The notes under the pieces were generated by a model. That model was not told where the DNA came from. It did no database searches and saw only the letters and a list, made by a program, of their open reading frames with translations. A stretch of DNA of 63,948 nt, counting the filler, from Craspedostauros australis (Eukaryota), in assembly GCA_030167865.1 (NCBI GenBank). It is 13 parts of 13 records of this genome, joined end to end, with 100 filler letters (N's around TTAATTAATTAA, not from the genome) between each part and the next. Parts side by side here need not be neighbours in the genome. Positions count along the whole stretch, not along the records: positions 39,089 to 60,429 come from JALAGF010000419.1; positions 60,530 to 61,921 come from JALAGF010000420.1; positions 62,022 to 63,948 come from JALAGF010000421.1; 10 more parts are not named here. The stretch is one strand, 5' to 3'. Positions within the stretch are counted from its first letter, which is position 1. Every line of letters begins with the position of its first letter. Position numbers and translations under genes: made by a program. Below are positions 49,729-62,022 of the stretch, in pieces.

Positions 49729-51519
49729 ATGCGAGTATCTGCAGAAGTTTGGTGGCTGCAGGTCGTGTACCTGTGCAACCTGTACCTGGAGCGCAGACAG
49801 AAGGAACAGGAAAGGGAAGGCGCACAAATTGAACACCAGTACAGCCACATCACCTTTGATTGTCGAGCACAAACACGTCACGAAGGATCACGCAGCAGAG
49901 AACTTGAAGCAGGAGCATATACTGTGATCATTATTGGAGAGGCTGGCAACAGCAACAGGAACAGCTACGCCATCGTCACATCGTCGCATCGTCGAATCCA
50001 GAATAGCGGAAGCGGCCGTCCAAGGAGCAACAAAAACAGCAGTAGCGGCATCAGCAGCAGCGACATCAGCAATAGCGACATCAGCAACGGGAACGGTCAC
50101 TCGTGCATCATCAGAATGAGACGATCGGGATCATCATCATGCATGCTGAAGGCGAAGGGAGAGAGCCGCGGTGGGCCGCTCTCGGTGACCATCCTGAACA
50201 CGGAGCAGATGCCCAACTATTCGTGCGAACGGTTTTACATGCTGTCTGAGCTGGAGGTGCACAGCCAGGCCATGGTCTTTCTCGATGACTATGACTGCGA
50301 TGAGACCATCGAGACGACGGACTCCTCCCTCACGGACGCAAGGAACATCCCGCAGCATCTCATCCTCTACGTCCTGTGGGCGGATCCCGACATGAGCGCT
50401 CGCGTCTTTGCCGAGAGCGTCCTCTACAGGCTGCTCCAACAGCTCGACGGCCTGGTCGATTTGGATCGTCCTTCGGAGACCAAACGCCGCTGTCAATCCG
50501 TACCGCATATCAACGTCGCCGAGTTTCTCGCTCAGCAGCGACGGGAGGAGCAGCAGGAAGAGCAAGAGCAAGCAGACATGTCCCGTGACAACGGCAACGA
50601 CGACGCAGACAAGGACACGCAAGACGAATGGAAGGGCAATTCTCAGGAGGATGCCCCTCATCAAAGCGAGCACAAAACATCATTCCCAACCGCTCCCAAA
50701 TCTTCGTCAGTCCACCGATCAGCATCGGCGTCCGAATCGTCAGATTCGACTGAATCTGACAACGCCAACCGCGCCAAGCTCTACGTCGTCGTGGACAAAG
50801 TATGCCACCCGGCATCGGAATCAGCCGGGACCGAAGAGGCAGAAGCTGAAGCAGATCAGCAGGCACGCGACGACGACCAGGAGCAATTCCGTGACCAGTC
50901 CGAAATAGCGCAGGCGCTTGCACGCATGGCGGCGTCTCATTCGAAGATGCGACGGCTTTGCCAAGGCATCACGGTCGGCCTGTCCAACCATCACCGCGCC
51001 GCCCCTGGCCTCGAGGCCTGCATGGACGCCGTGATGCTCGGCAGCAGCGACAGACGACGGCACGGCACCAGCGATTCGGACAAACGCAGCCCCATCGGGC
51101 TCGTGGTGCCAAAGCGCAGCGACCTGATGGGCGTACAGGACCAGGGCGTCACGGACGCCGTGCAAGGCGTGAAGCAGTGCCGATTCTGTGCGGAATGGCG
51201 CGGCAGAGGTCCCCTGCAGACGTTCGCAAGCAACGTGCACATGCAATGGCGTGAGGCGCACGGCATTCACAATCCACCCGCCACGCCCGGCAAGACACGC
51301 AGGCGGTCACGCAGGACGGGTAACGCCGATCCCGGTCTCATGGACATGATCGCGGCGACGGCGGCACTTGCAGGTTGGCTGTTCGCTTTGTTCTATTTCT
51401 GGCAGCATTGGGAAACTTTGCTTGGCAGCAATGATCATGCAGATATGAATATGAATATGGATGTGGACGTGGACGTAGGTGTGGGTGTGGAAGCCGATGA
51501 TGTTTCGGAAGAACTATAG
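49729..51519 (+). CDS. Hypothetical protein with a C-terminal TM helix (true start may be downstream, near 50116)
   Basis: Long ORF with coding-like codon usage; hydrophobic MIAATAALAGWLFALFYFW. Confidence 0.6.
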   Translation: MRVSAEVWWLQVVYLCNLYLERRQKEQEREGAQIEHQYSHITFDCRAQTRHEGSRSRELEAGAYTVIIIGEAGNSNRNSYAIVTSSHRRIQNSGSGRPRSNKNSSSGISSSDISNSDISNGNGHSCIIRMRRSGSSSCMLKAKGESRGGPLSVTILNTEQMPNYSCERFYMLSELEVHSQAMVFLDDYDCDETIETTDSSLTDARNIPQHLILYVLWADPDMSARVFAESVLYRLLQQLDGLVDLDRPSETKRRCQSVPHINVAEFLAQQRREEQQEEQEQADMSRDNGNDDADKDTQDEWKGNSQEDAPHQSEHKTSFPTAPKSSSVHRSASASESSDSTESDNANRAKLYVVVDKVCHPASESAGTEEAEAEADQQARDDDQEQFRDQSEIAQALARMAASHSKMRRLCQGITVGLSNHHRAAPGLEACMDAVMLGSSDRRRHGTSDSDKRSPIGLVVPKRSDLMGVQDQGVTDAVQGVKQCRFCAEWRGRGPLQTFASNVHMQWREAHGIHNPPATPGKTRRRSRRTGNADPGLMDMIAATAALAGWLFALFYFWQHWETLLGSNDHADMNMNMDVDVDVGVGVEADDVSEEL

Positions 51520-53154
51520 CAGGCACAGTAGGAATGCTCCACAGGTATTGATTGTGATAGAAGAGTTACTTTTCATATTGCAAGCCTTCAAACAACTGCT
51601 GAGTGTTCTGTGTTGTCTGGGCCGTGCGTTTCGGCACAGCTAGCACATTCGGGTGTGAGTCGAGTTGGTTTGATTCGATTCGATTTGAAACGTGTCAGCT
51701 CATCTGCGCGAACTACCAAGCGGGCTCTGCGCCTCCTGCTGCGCCCTAGGTTCGGGATGATTGGAATCGATCGGGGGAAAGACCACCAAGAGAAACAAGA
51801 GTCGCTGTCCAAAGCGGTTTCCGTTCTTGTGAGATGGACGTCCGACTCCGAGGTTCTTCCGCAATCAATCAGAACTCGCACTTTGGCAAAGATCGCATCG
51901 CTTACTATTCTCCAGCATCTGCACACTCCCATGATCATGTCGACCCAGGGAGCAAGCGCGATGGTGGGGATGGTACCATGCCATATGATGATGGTCAACA
52001 GCGAGCTGCGCAAATACAGAGGGTATAGCAGCAAGAGCATAGCATAGCAACGTTATCGCAACTCGGTGTTGCTACACATCCCGTTCCTGTTACATCCTGA
52101 TACCATTTGTGACCTTGAAATGATGAGGGCTAAGTTTGTTGCGGTTCAACAGCCGACACGCGCCAAATTTCTTTGTGTGTGCTCCAGGCTCCGTGTGTGC
52201 CATACCGCCCCCTGATTCAACGGTTCCATTCGCACGTTTGGCCTTCGTCGAAATTATATACTATACTAGTTCACGAATATTTGATAGATTCAGTCCTGCG
52301 TGTGCGTGATGTCGGATCGAACGTAAAACGGTTAAACAAGCGTGAAACTGGCAGCGTCTCCACATGAAAGCAGAAGCGCAGAGAAACGATCAGGAACGCG
52401 CCACGACCATGGCCAAAAAGTCTGCGACGGTGTTGCATGGATGAGCACGAGACCAGTTGGCGGCAACCCCCTTTGGTCGGTTATCTGCGGACAGCCAGGT
52501 TCCTGGACTTTCGAGTAAGAAAAGGATAGGGTGGTGTCAAATTGAGAGGGAAAGAGTGAACGGAATTGGAGGAGCGCAGCACAGAGTGGGGAGGAGAAGA
52601 CAAGGGGACGAACCAGAGTCAAGCGGAGTGAGTTCAAACGATTTGAGGCGGTTCCGGTTACAAGGAGGGAGCAGGATTGGACGTGTTTGTGGAAGCGCAA
52701 GGTGACGAAAGCGCGCCAACAACTGTAACAACTGTAACGAGTGCAACGACGAGGGTGACGAGGGTGACGACGGGTCTCTGAGGCTGGAGAAGGAGCGGCA
52801 GGTGACCGCTGCGCTTCATTGGCTTTGTCCTCGCTGACTGCGTTGGGCTGGTACGTCGAGTGAGACAGGAGCAGAACTCGACAGACACTCCACAAGGACA
52901 CAGGTGTCCTTGTCTTGTCTTGGCTTGTGTTTGCATTGCGAAGGACGGAGACGCAGAGGAAAGGAGTGGCCAAGCGAGGGAGGGGGTAGAACGGCTACTC
53001 TGCTCTCTACTTTTCTCATCCTTCATCTACACCCACGGAAGGAGTCGGAACAGGACCGCAAGGCTTCGAAGAACACAATTCCAATCGTGAGCAGGAGGGT
53101 CAAACAAAGCAGGAAAGGAAAGAACGGCAACAAGGAAAGGAATTCTCCTGAGCA

Positions 53155-56100
53155 ATGCAGCAACAAAAGGAAAGAAGGCAACGGGCATCACCCCCCACCG
53201 CCTCATCCATGTCCTCTCCATCCAAGAGGGAGTCCGCTCCCTTGCACCACCAGCAGACTCATTCGCACGGCCACCCTCACGCTACTCCTCGCAGCCAGAA
53301 GCGCAGCCAAGATCACAACGAACCACAGAGCAAGCCTCGCAGCAAATCGCGTAGCAGGGAGATGCACGAACTGCGAAGGCAGGAGCGACGAGCAAGACGA
53401 AGGAGGGAGCACAAGTCCAACTCCGCCCACGAACGAAGCAGGCCGCAGCCGCACAAACGGAATCATCCCAATCAACAGCACCACCCTACGAAACAACAGC
53501 AACAGCAACAACAGAAGCAGCAGCAACGAGTGTTCTACGTGGAAGATGACTTGGATGATTTGGATGGCGACTTCGGCATGGGATTTCTGGACAACGAGCG
53601 CTTTCGCAACCTCCCATCCATGATGTGCGCCGCAAACACTTGCGACACCAACGCATTGGACGGGGTCGCAAACGATGGGATGTGCACCCAGCAGTTGCCC
53701 GAGGGATGTTCCACGCAGAATGTCAGCGATCAGATATGCCAGGTCCCAACGACCAACAACCTCTTTGATGAATCCTCGCATGGACGCAACGATGTCTACC
53801 GCCACGGCTACCGCTTTGACTACGGCCGCATCCGCAGCAACATCAACGCCGCGTCCGGCGGTGGCCATTTCTCATTGCGTCGCATGTACGCACGACCCAC
53901 ACCCGAACGCCACAGCCAGGCCAAGGCCATTTTGAATTCGACGGAACAGCTCGAGCTGGCCGCCAAGAGGATACGTTCCGAGCTCTGGCACGCCGAGCTC
54001 ATCGAGCTGTCTCTCGAGGCCGAGCGTGCGGCGGAGAGCGGCCAGGAGACGTTCTCCGCCAAGGCATCCACCTTCGGAGTCGATATGGACTTTCGGATTG
54101 ATGATGATGATGATGATGATGACAACGACGACGACGACTATGCGGGAAATCATGGAGGTGCTCCATGCACGCCTCAGCGGCCTGTTCGAACTACCACGGC
54201 GAGAACCACGCGTCAAAAGCAGCAGCAACGACAACACCTACATCATAGCGAACATCAGCGATCATCCCAGCATCATGACCAACTGAGAAAGGAGGAAGAT
54301 GATGATGATGGTGAACAGGAAGAGAAACAGCAGCAGCAGCAGCAGCAGCAGCACAAACAGCAACCAAACGAACAAACGCAGACACATCCATCACCAAGCA
54401 CCCCGGACCGCCTGTCCAAACCAGGCAGAGTGCGGAGGTTCCACACCTACTCGGAAGGAATGAGAACGCCCGTCACGCCCACCATGTATGAACGCAGAAA
54501 GATCCGCGTCACATCCTTGCGTGACATCGGAGAAGTCGTCCCGCGATGGAGGGAGCTGCATGTGCACGTGCGCACGCATCTCGCCCGCAGGCACGTGGAC
54601 GATGCAGCTCTGTCCTTCGCTCATCAACACACTGATCATCAATGCGTGGAGCTTCTTCCCACAGCGTGTCTTCAGGAAATTGTCGCGGAGCCGCAGATTA
54701 ACGCAGCTGCGCCTCCATCCTTTCTGCTCCCAAACCTATCCAAGTTCAATGTCACCAATGACGACGCCGACGACGAGAATGCCGATGATGTCGGTGACGA
54801 CAAAGACGACGCGACAATGGAGATTGAAACACCGACCGTGCGCAGATCGGCAAATTCAGCGACAGGTTTGTTTGGTCACGGACTGCAACTTGACGGAGAC
54901 ACGTGCGATCCCGTGGAGCAATCGCGTTTGGGAGACGAAAATGATCCTCATCACCATGATCATTTCCATCATCCAGTATCCATCACAACGCCGCGAACCG
55001 AAACCACCCTCATCATGCCGGATCTGACAGAGTTAGAGACGGATCGTGACATCTCCGTCCCGGCCCATGCCACTGAAGCGCCAGCCTTCCGCATCACACG
55101 CAGAAGCAGCAGCCAGCGATTGCTGGACATCATCAGCACGGATGATTCCAACCTTGACAAGTTGCATCCGCATCTTTCCAATTCCTCGTCGGACACGCAT
55201 GACGATGAAGAGAAGAAGGATGATGACTTTAGTCTTGATCGATCCAATCGTTCGCCTTCTTCTCCTATCATCACGCACCCCCGCAGCAGTATCAACGACA
55301 ATGGCAACGGCAACGGCATGATCTCATTTGGCAAAGTCCACATGAGTCCACAGCACATATCGTTCGACCCGCTCGACGAACCCGAGTCGCCAACCAGCAT
55401 ATCAGCTGATGAGCATTACGAACTCTTGCATGATCACACCATGGAGAGCAGCAACGGCAACATCATCAACGTCAACAACACCCTCACGCTCACACCCAAG
55501 CTGCTGCACCAAAGGAGCTCACACGAGTTCCATGATTTCAAAACGCCCTCCAAGCTGCGGGTCATCCGTGGACCAAAGCCGAAGCAACAGGAGCAACCCA
55601 TGGCAGCTGCATACGCCGCATCGAACGGTGCGGACATACACACACCCGAAATCAGACGAATCGCCCTGTTCGAACCGTCCTCCATCATCGATTCGGACGT
55701 TGCTAGCACCAGTGATGCACCACCATCGATGGCATCCATCCCGCAAGAGCAAGCAAAGCTGCTTGCGCTGCCGAGCATGAAATCGCCCAAAGTCAATGCG
55801 GTACAACTTATTGCACCGGCCGGCAGTCGTGGTGCGGGCGGCGCTGATGATGGGAATAATCATGGCAATGATGACAAGGAGGGCACCCAACAGAACTATC
55901 AACGGGACACGCGAATGCAACCAATGGCAAATCGATTGACCCGACGCTTGCAGTTCGATCGTCCCAGCAGAACACCCGCCTCGACCATGAGCGAAGCGAA
56001 CGGCAGCAACATCTACAGGGACGACAAAATAACAAAATCGTACTCCTACGACCATCCCACTTTTGCATTGAACGACGACGAGACGGCGGCCAACGACAAG

Positions 56101-57783
56101 CACTCATGGCTGCGGAGTTCCACAAGCTGGGACGTTTCCAAGACGCAATTGCCAGACCCCAAAATGCAGAAGAACTGTCTCTTTCGCATGCATCAGAACA
56201 GCCTCAACGGTTCATCCATACTTGGACATGACGAACAAAGCGGCAATGCTCGTCAAGACAGCAGGACCATGCCGATGCAGCCGGGTACGGTCGGCGCAGC
56301 AAAGAAAACTGCAACGTGGACACCCAAAGTCATGGCTACAGCTGCAAGAAATGACAACTACAACGCCAGTACCACCACCACCACCAACGACAACAACAAC
56401 AACAACAACAACCATAGCCCGAAGAGAGAAAATGGGCTGCAAGTCGTCAACGAAGATAGCAATGATGATGGTCATGGACATGAACATCGCATCAGCAATG
56501 TTTCAGGAGCCTTCATCATGAATGACATGGCGCAAGACCTGACAGGCTCGAGAAATAAAGCAACCAGCATGGTAGACGACAAAGATGCCAGCGTCACCAA
56601 CCTCTCGTCGGCATCATCGCTGGTGGAGCCCTCCAACATGCGTTGCGATTGGGAGACGTTGAACCAGGCGGCGACATGGAGCGGCAAGTTCGCGGAAGAA
56701 ACGGTCGGATTCCATCGTGTCATGTCGTGGCACATGGTCACCGCATCGAATGCAACGCCATCAAATACTGAAGAATCTCATTTGAATCCTGATGACATGG
56801 TCCTTGCCTCGCTTCACAACGAATCCGTGAATGTGTGCGGTGCAGGAAAGAGCACCGCATGTAAGTCCGACACTGTCGCCTCTTCCAGTGCAAAAGATGC
56901 ACCGAATCAAGGATCACAAACCGGTGCGATTCAAGCACGCACAATCGATCGACAGAATCTCTACTTTTCCGAAACATACAACCGTGAATTCCTCGACAAC
57001 TATTTCTATGTCAGCAAGGATGTGAAACCGAAGCCAAAGGTGGAGGAAGTGGAGCCGGAGGCTGCGGAGCCTATCCATCAGAATTTCTGGGTGGAATCGT
57101 GCGTCCATGACGCGTACTGCCGCGATGGCATGGATGACATTTGCAACGGCGTCACGACCTTTTTTAAGAATCAGATTGGCGTCACGAAGCAACCCTTGAC
57201 GCCTATAAAAGAAACGACAGTATCAGTGGGACGTGACGAAGCACCAAAGAACTCCGACAGCGGATGGCTGCACGGCATACAGCTATCTGCGGCTGCGAGC
57301 AAGAGTTTCCGTAACCTCGCCGTGCTGCTGAGCGATTCCCCCGACAAGGGCCCAGGCAGCAACGTCAACAATGGCGCAATGTTCCAGCCTCCGGGTCTGC
57401 GGAAGACGTGCAATTGGCACAAATGCGACACCTCGCGCAACCTGGCATCCTCCTCCGAATCTGAACGCGGCACGAACGACGAGGAGGATCATCACCCGAT
57501 GGCATTCAACGCTTACCACAGCAAGTCGATCAACGACGTGCAATTCGAGGCCATGTACGGCATGTCGAGGGACCAGTTCGTGATTTTGTCAAAGCTGTCG
57601 AAGGATGGCGCTGCGGACAGGTCGCCTGCAGTCACGCGAGGCAACAACAATCAAGGCCAGTTCAAGCTAAATGGAAGAGATGGCTCAGCATCCACCACAG
57701 AGGCAACCGATGCATCGTCGTTGTCCGACATGTCGTCAGGCCGTCCGAGCGGTGTCCTACAGATTGCGGCGACTGTCGAATGA
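53155..57783 (+). CDS. Large, mostly disordered hypothetical protein (1542 aa)
   Basis: 4.6-kb uninterrupted ORF with polyQ/D/N tracts and a few apparently ordered islands. Confidence 0.75.
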   Translation: MQQQKERRQRASPPTASSMSSPSKRESAPLHHQQTHSHGHPHATPRSQKRSQDHNEPQSKPRSKSRSREMHELRRQERRARRRREHKSNSAHERSRPQPHKRNHPNQQHHPTKQQQQQQQKQQQRVFYVEDDLDDLDGDFGMGFLDNERFRNLPSMMCAANTCDTNALDGVANDGMCTQQLPEGCSTQNVSDQICQVPTTNNLFDESSHGRNDVYRHGYRFDYGRIRSNINAASGGGHFSLRRMYARPTPERHSQAKAILNSTEQLELAAKRIRSELWHAELIELSLEAERAAESGQETFSAKASTFGVDMDFRIDDDDDDDDNDDDDYAGNHGGAPCTPQRPVRTTTARTTRQKQQQRQHLHHSEHQRSSQHHDQLRKEEDDDDGEQEEKQQQQQQQQHKQQPNEQTQTHPSPSTPDRLSKPGRVRRFHTYSEGMRTPVTPTMYERRKIRVTSLRDIGEVVPRWRELHVHVRTHLARRHVDDAALSFAHQHTDHQCVELLPTACLQEIVAEPQINAAAPPSFLLPNLSKFNVTNDDADDENADDVGDDKDDATMEIETPTVRRSANSATGLFGHGLQLDGDTCDPVEQSRLGDENDPHHHDHFHHPVSITTPRTETTLIMPDLTELETDRDISVPAHATEAPAFRITRRSSSQRLLDIISTDDSNLDKLHPHLSNSSSDTHDDEEKKDDDFSLDRSNRSPSSPIITHPRSSINDNGNGNGMISFGKVHMSPQHISFDPLDEPESPTSISADEHYELLHDHTMESSNGNIINVNNTLTLTPKLLHQRSSHEFHDFKTPSKLRVIRGPKPKQQEQPMAAAYAASNGADIHTPEIRRIALFEPSSIIDSDVASTSDAPPSMASIPQEQAKLLALPSMKSPKVNAVQLIAPAGSRGAGGADDGNNHGNDDKEGTQQNYQRDTRMQPMANRLTRRLQFDRPSRTPASTMSEANGSNIYRDDKITKSYSYDHPTFALNDDETAANDKHSWLRSSTSWDVSKTQLPDPKMQKNCLFRMHQNSLNGSSILGHDEQSGNARQDSRTMPMQPGTVGAAKKTATWTPKVMATAARNDNYNASTTTTTNDNNNNNNNHSPKRENGLQVVNEDSNDDGHGHEHRISNVSGAFIMNDMAQDLTGSRNKATSMVDDKDASVTNLSSASSLVEPSNMRCDWETLNQAATWSGKFAEETVGFHRVMSWHMVTASNATPSNTEESHLNPDDMVLASLHNESVNVCGAGKSTACKSDTVASSSAKDAPNQGSQTGAIQARTIDRQNLYFSETYNREFLDNYFYVSKDVKPKPKVEEVEPEAAEPIHQNFWVESCVHDAYCRDGMDDICNGVTTFFKNQIGVTKQPLTPIKETTVSVGRDEAPKNSDSGWLHGIQLSAAASKSFRNLAVLLSDSPDKGPGSNVNNGAMFQPPGLRKTCNWHKCDTSRNLASSSESERGTNDEEDHHPMAFNAYHSKSINDVQFEAMYGMSRDQFVILSKLSKDGAADRSPAVTRGNNNQGQFKLNGRDGSASTTEATDASSLSDMSSGRPSGVLQIAATVE

Positions 57784-58324
57784 GCACAGACCATTCGCGA
57801 AGTGTTGCGATGGGGTAGAACCGCATACTCCAGAGAGAGAGAGAGTACTCTAGTTTGCAGAATAATAGAGTAGAGTGTGCAATTACACCATCACATGAAG
57901 CAGGCTGGCTCTCTCGAGTGTCAGTGCAGCTGTTGCTGATCAGCAGCATTCGGAAGACTATCAGAGTAGAATTCACGCTCATCCCATTGTACCAGAAGAG
58001 CGCAGAGCACTCCAATTTGGCAGGCAGCTGTATTATGTTGCATCATTGACTGTGCGTGCTATGGTTTTCACAGGAGAGCAATCATCGTGCGAGTAGCGGG
58101 AGATGCTTGATGGTGTTTGGATGGCCTGGATCGTTCCTTCCCTGCTGTTGTCAAATGATGCCATCATAGGTACCAATAGTTACAGAAACATCGCACTTGC
58201 ATGTTCCAAGTAAAAGAAGAATAGAGTAGCACTTTTACCATACTCGTACTGGTGGAGAGAATATACCATAATACCATGCACTTTACATGTGACGCGCAAC
58301 GTATCTCCAGGGAGTACTGAGATG

Positions 58325-59703
58325 TTACGCCTCACCTGGTGCAGTCATGTCATCCACATCGCTTGGCTCCGTGCCCCAGTTGCGAGAGAATGTCTTCTCC
58401 TTTCGCACCAGCAACTCCGGAACGCCGGATGCATCACGGATGACCAGAATGTCCTCATCGACGTAGGTGACGTACATCTCCCTGGAATACTGCAACGCCT
58501 CAGGGATGTCCACGACTTGACCCATGACGGTTGCGCTCTCGTACGTCTCTCTCAGCCGCACATCGCTCTCCGCGTCGAGCTTGGCCTTGACGACGATGGA
58601 CGACTTGCTGCCTCCGAAGAGCTCAACCTCGATCTTGGCCTCAATGCGCGGTTGCTCTCTGCTGATCGAGATAGACAAATCGCCGAGGTTGACGAGCTGC
58701 TTGGGCAGCTTCTGCGCAAGCGACAATGCAAAAAGGCCAGGGCTGTATCCGCCTGAATACAAGAAGAGCGCGAGTTGTCTGCAGGATGGAATATGGAATG
58801 GGATAGAGGCGAATCGAGTCCAATGGTATTGCATGTGGCATGCGGCAGAAGGTTTCGGCATGGGCGACCGCATTGCACCAGTTCGCGCAGGCGATCATCA
58901 ATGCGATTCACCAGGTTGGGAATGTGATGTCCGAGCAGCATCGAAAAAGACACAGCGGTTCATCCCCCCATACGAATCACCGTGAGGCCGTGCCATCGGA
59001 GCGGCGGACACGGATATCCATGTGAATGCATGCCAGTTGGATCATTCGAATGGGATTCAGTTCGTCGTCGCAAGGGAGACGAAGACCGAGAGTGATCATA
59101 TGGCCGCACAAAGCAGCCGTAGTTATGGGTCAATGAAAAAGGACGAAAGGAGTGTCGACGAGGATGTGGATGAGATAGTGGGAATCTTGCACTGTTCGTT
59201 CGTCAAATAGCCAAGCGATTGCCTCTGTTCTTTCGTGTTCTCCTGTAAATGCCAACACGGAGTTTGTCTTGTGGTACATACCTTGTGGGAGAAGGCAAGG
59301 CGCCTTCCGAGGCGTATCCAGCAGCGTAACGAAGCTCCCAAACTCCGTTGACGAGAGGGGACAAGGCCGCCTTGTCGGTGGGGTTGAGAGCCTCCAGCTT
59401 GTAGAGGACCTCGTTGATCTTGGAGCGCGTCTCCGCGGAGACCTCACCGAGCGCGTCAGGGACCATGTCCAGGACGTTGGTCACGGTGGCCTCCGACTTG
59501 GTTGGCTCAAAGTCCTCCGATTCGACCTCCAGGATGTCATCGCCGTAGAGCGAGTCGCTGGAGGTGTCGGAAGGCTCGCTGTGGAGCACAACACGGGACA
59601 GCGGCAGCCGGCCGCTGGAAGGCGCGACCGCGAAGGCGTGGGCCGTTCCCACGATGCTGGCGATGGCGGCAGCGCCGGCAAGGAGGGATGACTTTGAGCA
59701 CAT
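58325..59703 (-). CDS. Plastid lipid-associated protein (PAP/fibrillin); exons 59703-59282 and 58778-58325, about 291 aa
   Basis: LEALNPT...SPLVNGVWELRY; VTYVDEDILVIRD..G.PELLVR; signal peptide plus AHA|FAV plastid motif; intron GTATGT...CAG joins PSPTR|QLALF in frame. Confidence 0.85.
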
Positions 59704-60112
59704 TGTTGGTGACTGTGAGTTCGCAATGGCACGGTGCGTACTAGTATGAGTATGAGTACGAGTATGGGATGGATACTGCTTCCGCTCTACCGATACAATC
59801 GTTGTTGGGTTGGTGGATTGAGTTGTGCGTCGAATCTGGAGGTGGCTGTCGAGACACGATGAGCGTTGGTCTTGGTCGGCGGGCGGTACGTGACATTGCC
59901 AACAACACGGAGAGAGACGCAAGTTTGGGGAAAGGATTCGCTTCTCCCTGCAAGGCACGGGAATTCCGCTGAAACTGGTGTCCGGATGTTCGTGATCAGT
60001 CCCCGATTCAATCGTGTTTAGGACAAATAATCTTTGGTCGATCTTGTCAATCCCACATCGCTGAATTTTTTGTCACCGTTTAATTACCGTTATAAGCGTT
60101 ATTCATCAACGA

Positions 60113-60368
60113 AGTACTTTCAACGTTTGTTNNNNNNNNNNNNNNNNNNNNNNNNNNNNNNNNNNNNNNNNNNNNNNNNNNNNNNNNNNNNNNNNNNNNN
60201 NNNNNNNNNNNNAGTACTTTCAACGTTTGTTGAGTACTTTCAACGTTTGTTCAGTACTTTCAACGTTTGTTGAGTACTTTCAACGTTTGTTCAGTACTTT
60301 CAACGTTTGTACAGTACTTTCAACGTTTGTTCAGTACTTTCAACGTTTGTTGAGTACTTTCAAAGTTT
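60113..60368. repeat. 20-bp tandem repeat AGTACTTTCAACGTTTGTT(G/C), about 12-13 units counting the gap
   Basis: At least eight visible units; phase is preserved across an 80-N gap. Confidence 0.95.
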
Positions 60369-60808
60369 CCCACCAGGCACTGCAACAACCCCGACTCGCA
60401 GAGACCACGCTGTTGCGGAGAGCATCCAANNNNNNNNNNNNNNNNNNNNNNNNNNNNNNNNNNNNNNNNNNNNTTAATTAATTAANNNNNNNNNNNNNNN
60501 NNNNNNNNNNNNNNNNNNNNNNNNNNNNNGGACATGAACACGATCCTGCCTCTTGGCCATCACAGCATCACTTCCACTTTAATTTTAGTACTAATTAGCA
60601 ACAAACAACAGAGGAATAAGGTCCATACTAGTGTATTGGGGAAATAGATAACGCCTCAATTGCATTAAATCATCCTTTTCTTCTTTGGTATGATTCTTTC
60701 GTGTGATCAATGATGTTAGTCTATGCAGTATTGACTAGAAATAGAATATGATTTATGTCTCAGTGAGGACCGAATCATGTCGTAGTTATGTCTTGGGAAT
60801 TGTGGTTG

Positions 60809-61620
60809 TGCAGGGAAAATGCATGCGCAGGGGAAAATGNNNNNNNNNNNNNNNNNNNNNNNNNNNNNNNNNNNNNNNNNNNNNNNNNNNNNNNNNNNNN
60901 NNNNNNNNNNNNNNNNNNNNNNNNNNNNNNNNNNNNNNNNNNNNNNNNNNNNNNNNNNNNNNNNNNNNNNNNNNNNNNNNNGCAAGGAAAAGCGCAGTCG
61001 AAGTGCAGTGCATGCGCACGAGCAGGGAAAATGCAGGCGCAGGAAAAGTGCAGTGCATGTGCATGTGCATGAGCAGGGAAAATGCAGGCACAGGAAAAGT
61101 GCAGTGCATGTGCATGTGCATGTGCATGTGCATGTGCATGTTCAGTTGAAGTGCAGTGCATGTGCATGCGCAGGGAAAATGCAGGCGCTGGAAAAGTGCA
61201 TGTGCAGTGCAGTGCAGTGCATGTGCATGTGCACGCGCAGTCGAAGTGCATGCGCAGTCGAAGTGCATGCGCAGTCGAAGTGCATGTGCAGTGCAGTGCA
61301 TGTGCATGAAAAGTGCGTGTGCATCTGCATGTGAAGTGCATGTGCGCGGAAAGTGCATGTGCATGAAAAGTGCATGTGCAGTGCAGTGCAGTGCATGTGC
61401 ATGAAAAGTGCGTGTTAATCTGCATGTGAAGTGCATGTGCATGTGCATGTGCATGTGCAGTGCAGTACAGTGCAGCCGAAGTGCATGTACATGCGCATGT
61501 GCAGTCGAAGTCCATGTGCAGTGCGCGCAACTGCAATGCACATGCGTTGCACGTCCGCCGGACATCCGCTGCACGTGCACTTTGGCTGCGCTTGCGCATC
61601 CACTTTCCATGTGCAATGAC
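60809..61620. repeat. Degenerate TGCA-based satellite (TGCATG, TGCAG, GCAGGGAAAAT, GCAGTCGAAG modules)
   Basis: Directly visible. Confidence 0.9.
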
Positions 61621-62022
61621 GCAGCGATCAGACGCGCGGGGCGACACATGGACAGCAAATTGCACNCCGGCGCAGGTCCGTCGCACACTGTTGGAGCACA
61701 TCGATAATCGCGTTTGTTGATGCATCATGACCAACCAGTTTGCGAATGACATTTATGCTTGTGGCGGAAACAAATGCATGCTTCCAGACAAGAATCATTG
61801 CGCCCTGTCCTCCAGACCTGTGATGCTCTTCCGAAATGAACACGAATGTCAGATGTTGCGCCATTGCTTGGCTGCAAATAGCGCACACCACTATTCCGTT
61901 GTCAAGGAACAAGCCCAAGCGNNNNNNNNNNNNNNNNNNNNNNNNNNNNNNNNNNNNNNNNNNNNTTAATTAATTAANNNNNNNNNNNNNNNNNNNNNNN
62001 NNNNNNNNNNNNNNNNNNNNNT

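Noticed and set aside
60113..60368. CRISPR array
   Set aside because: No unique spacers, no cas genes, eukaryotic context.
60748..61752. Cys/His/Met-rich ORFs as metal-binding proteins
   Set aside because: Translations of the TGCA satellite, open in several frames on both strands.
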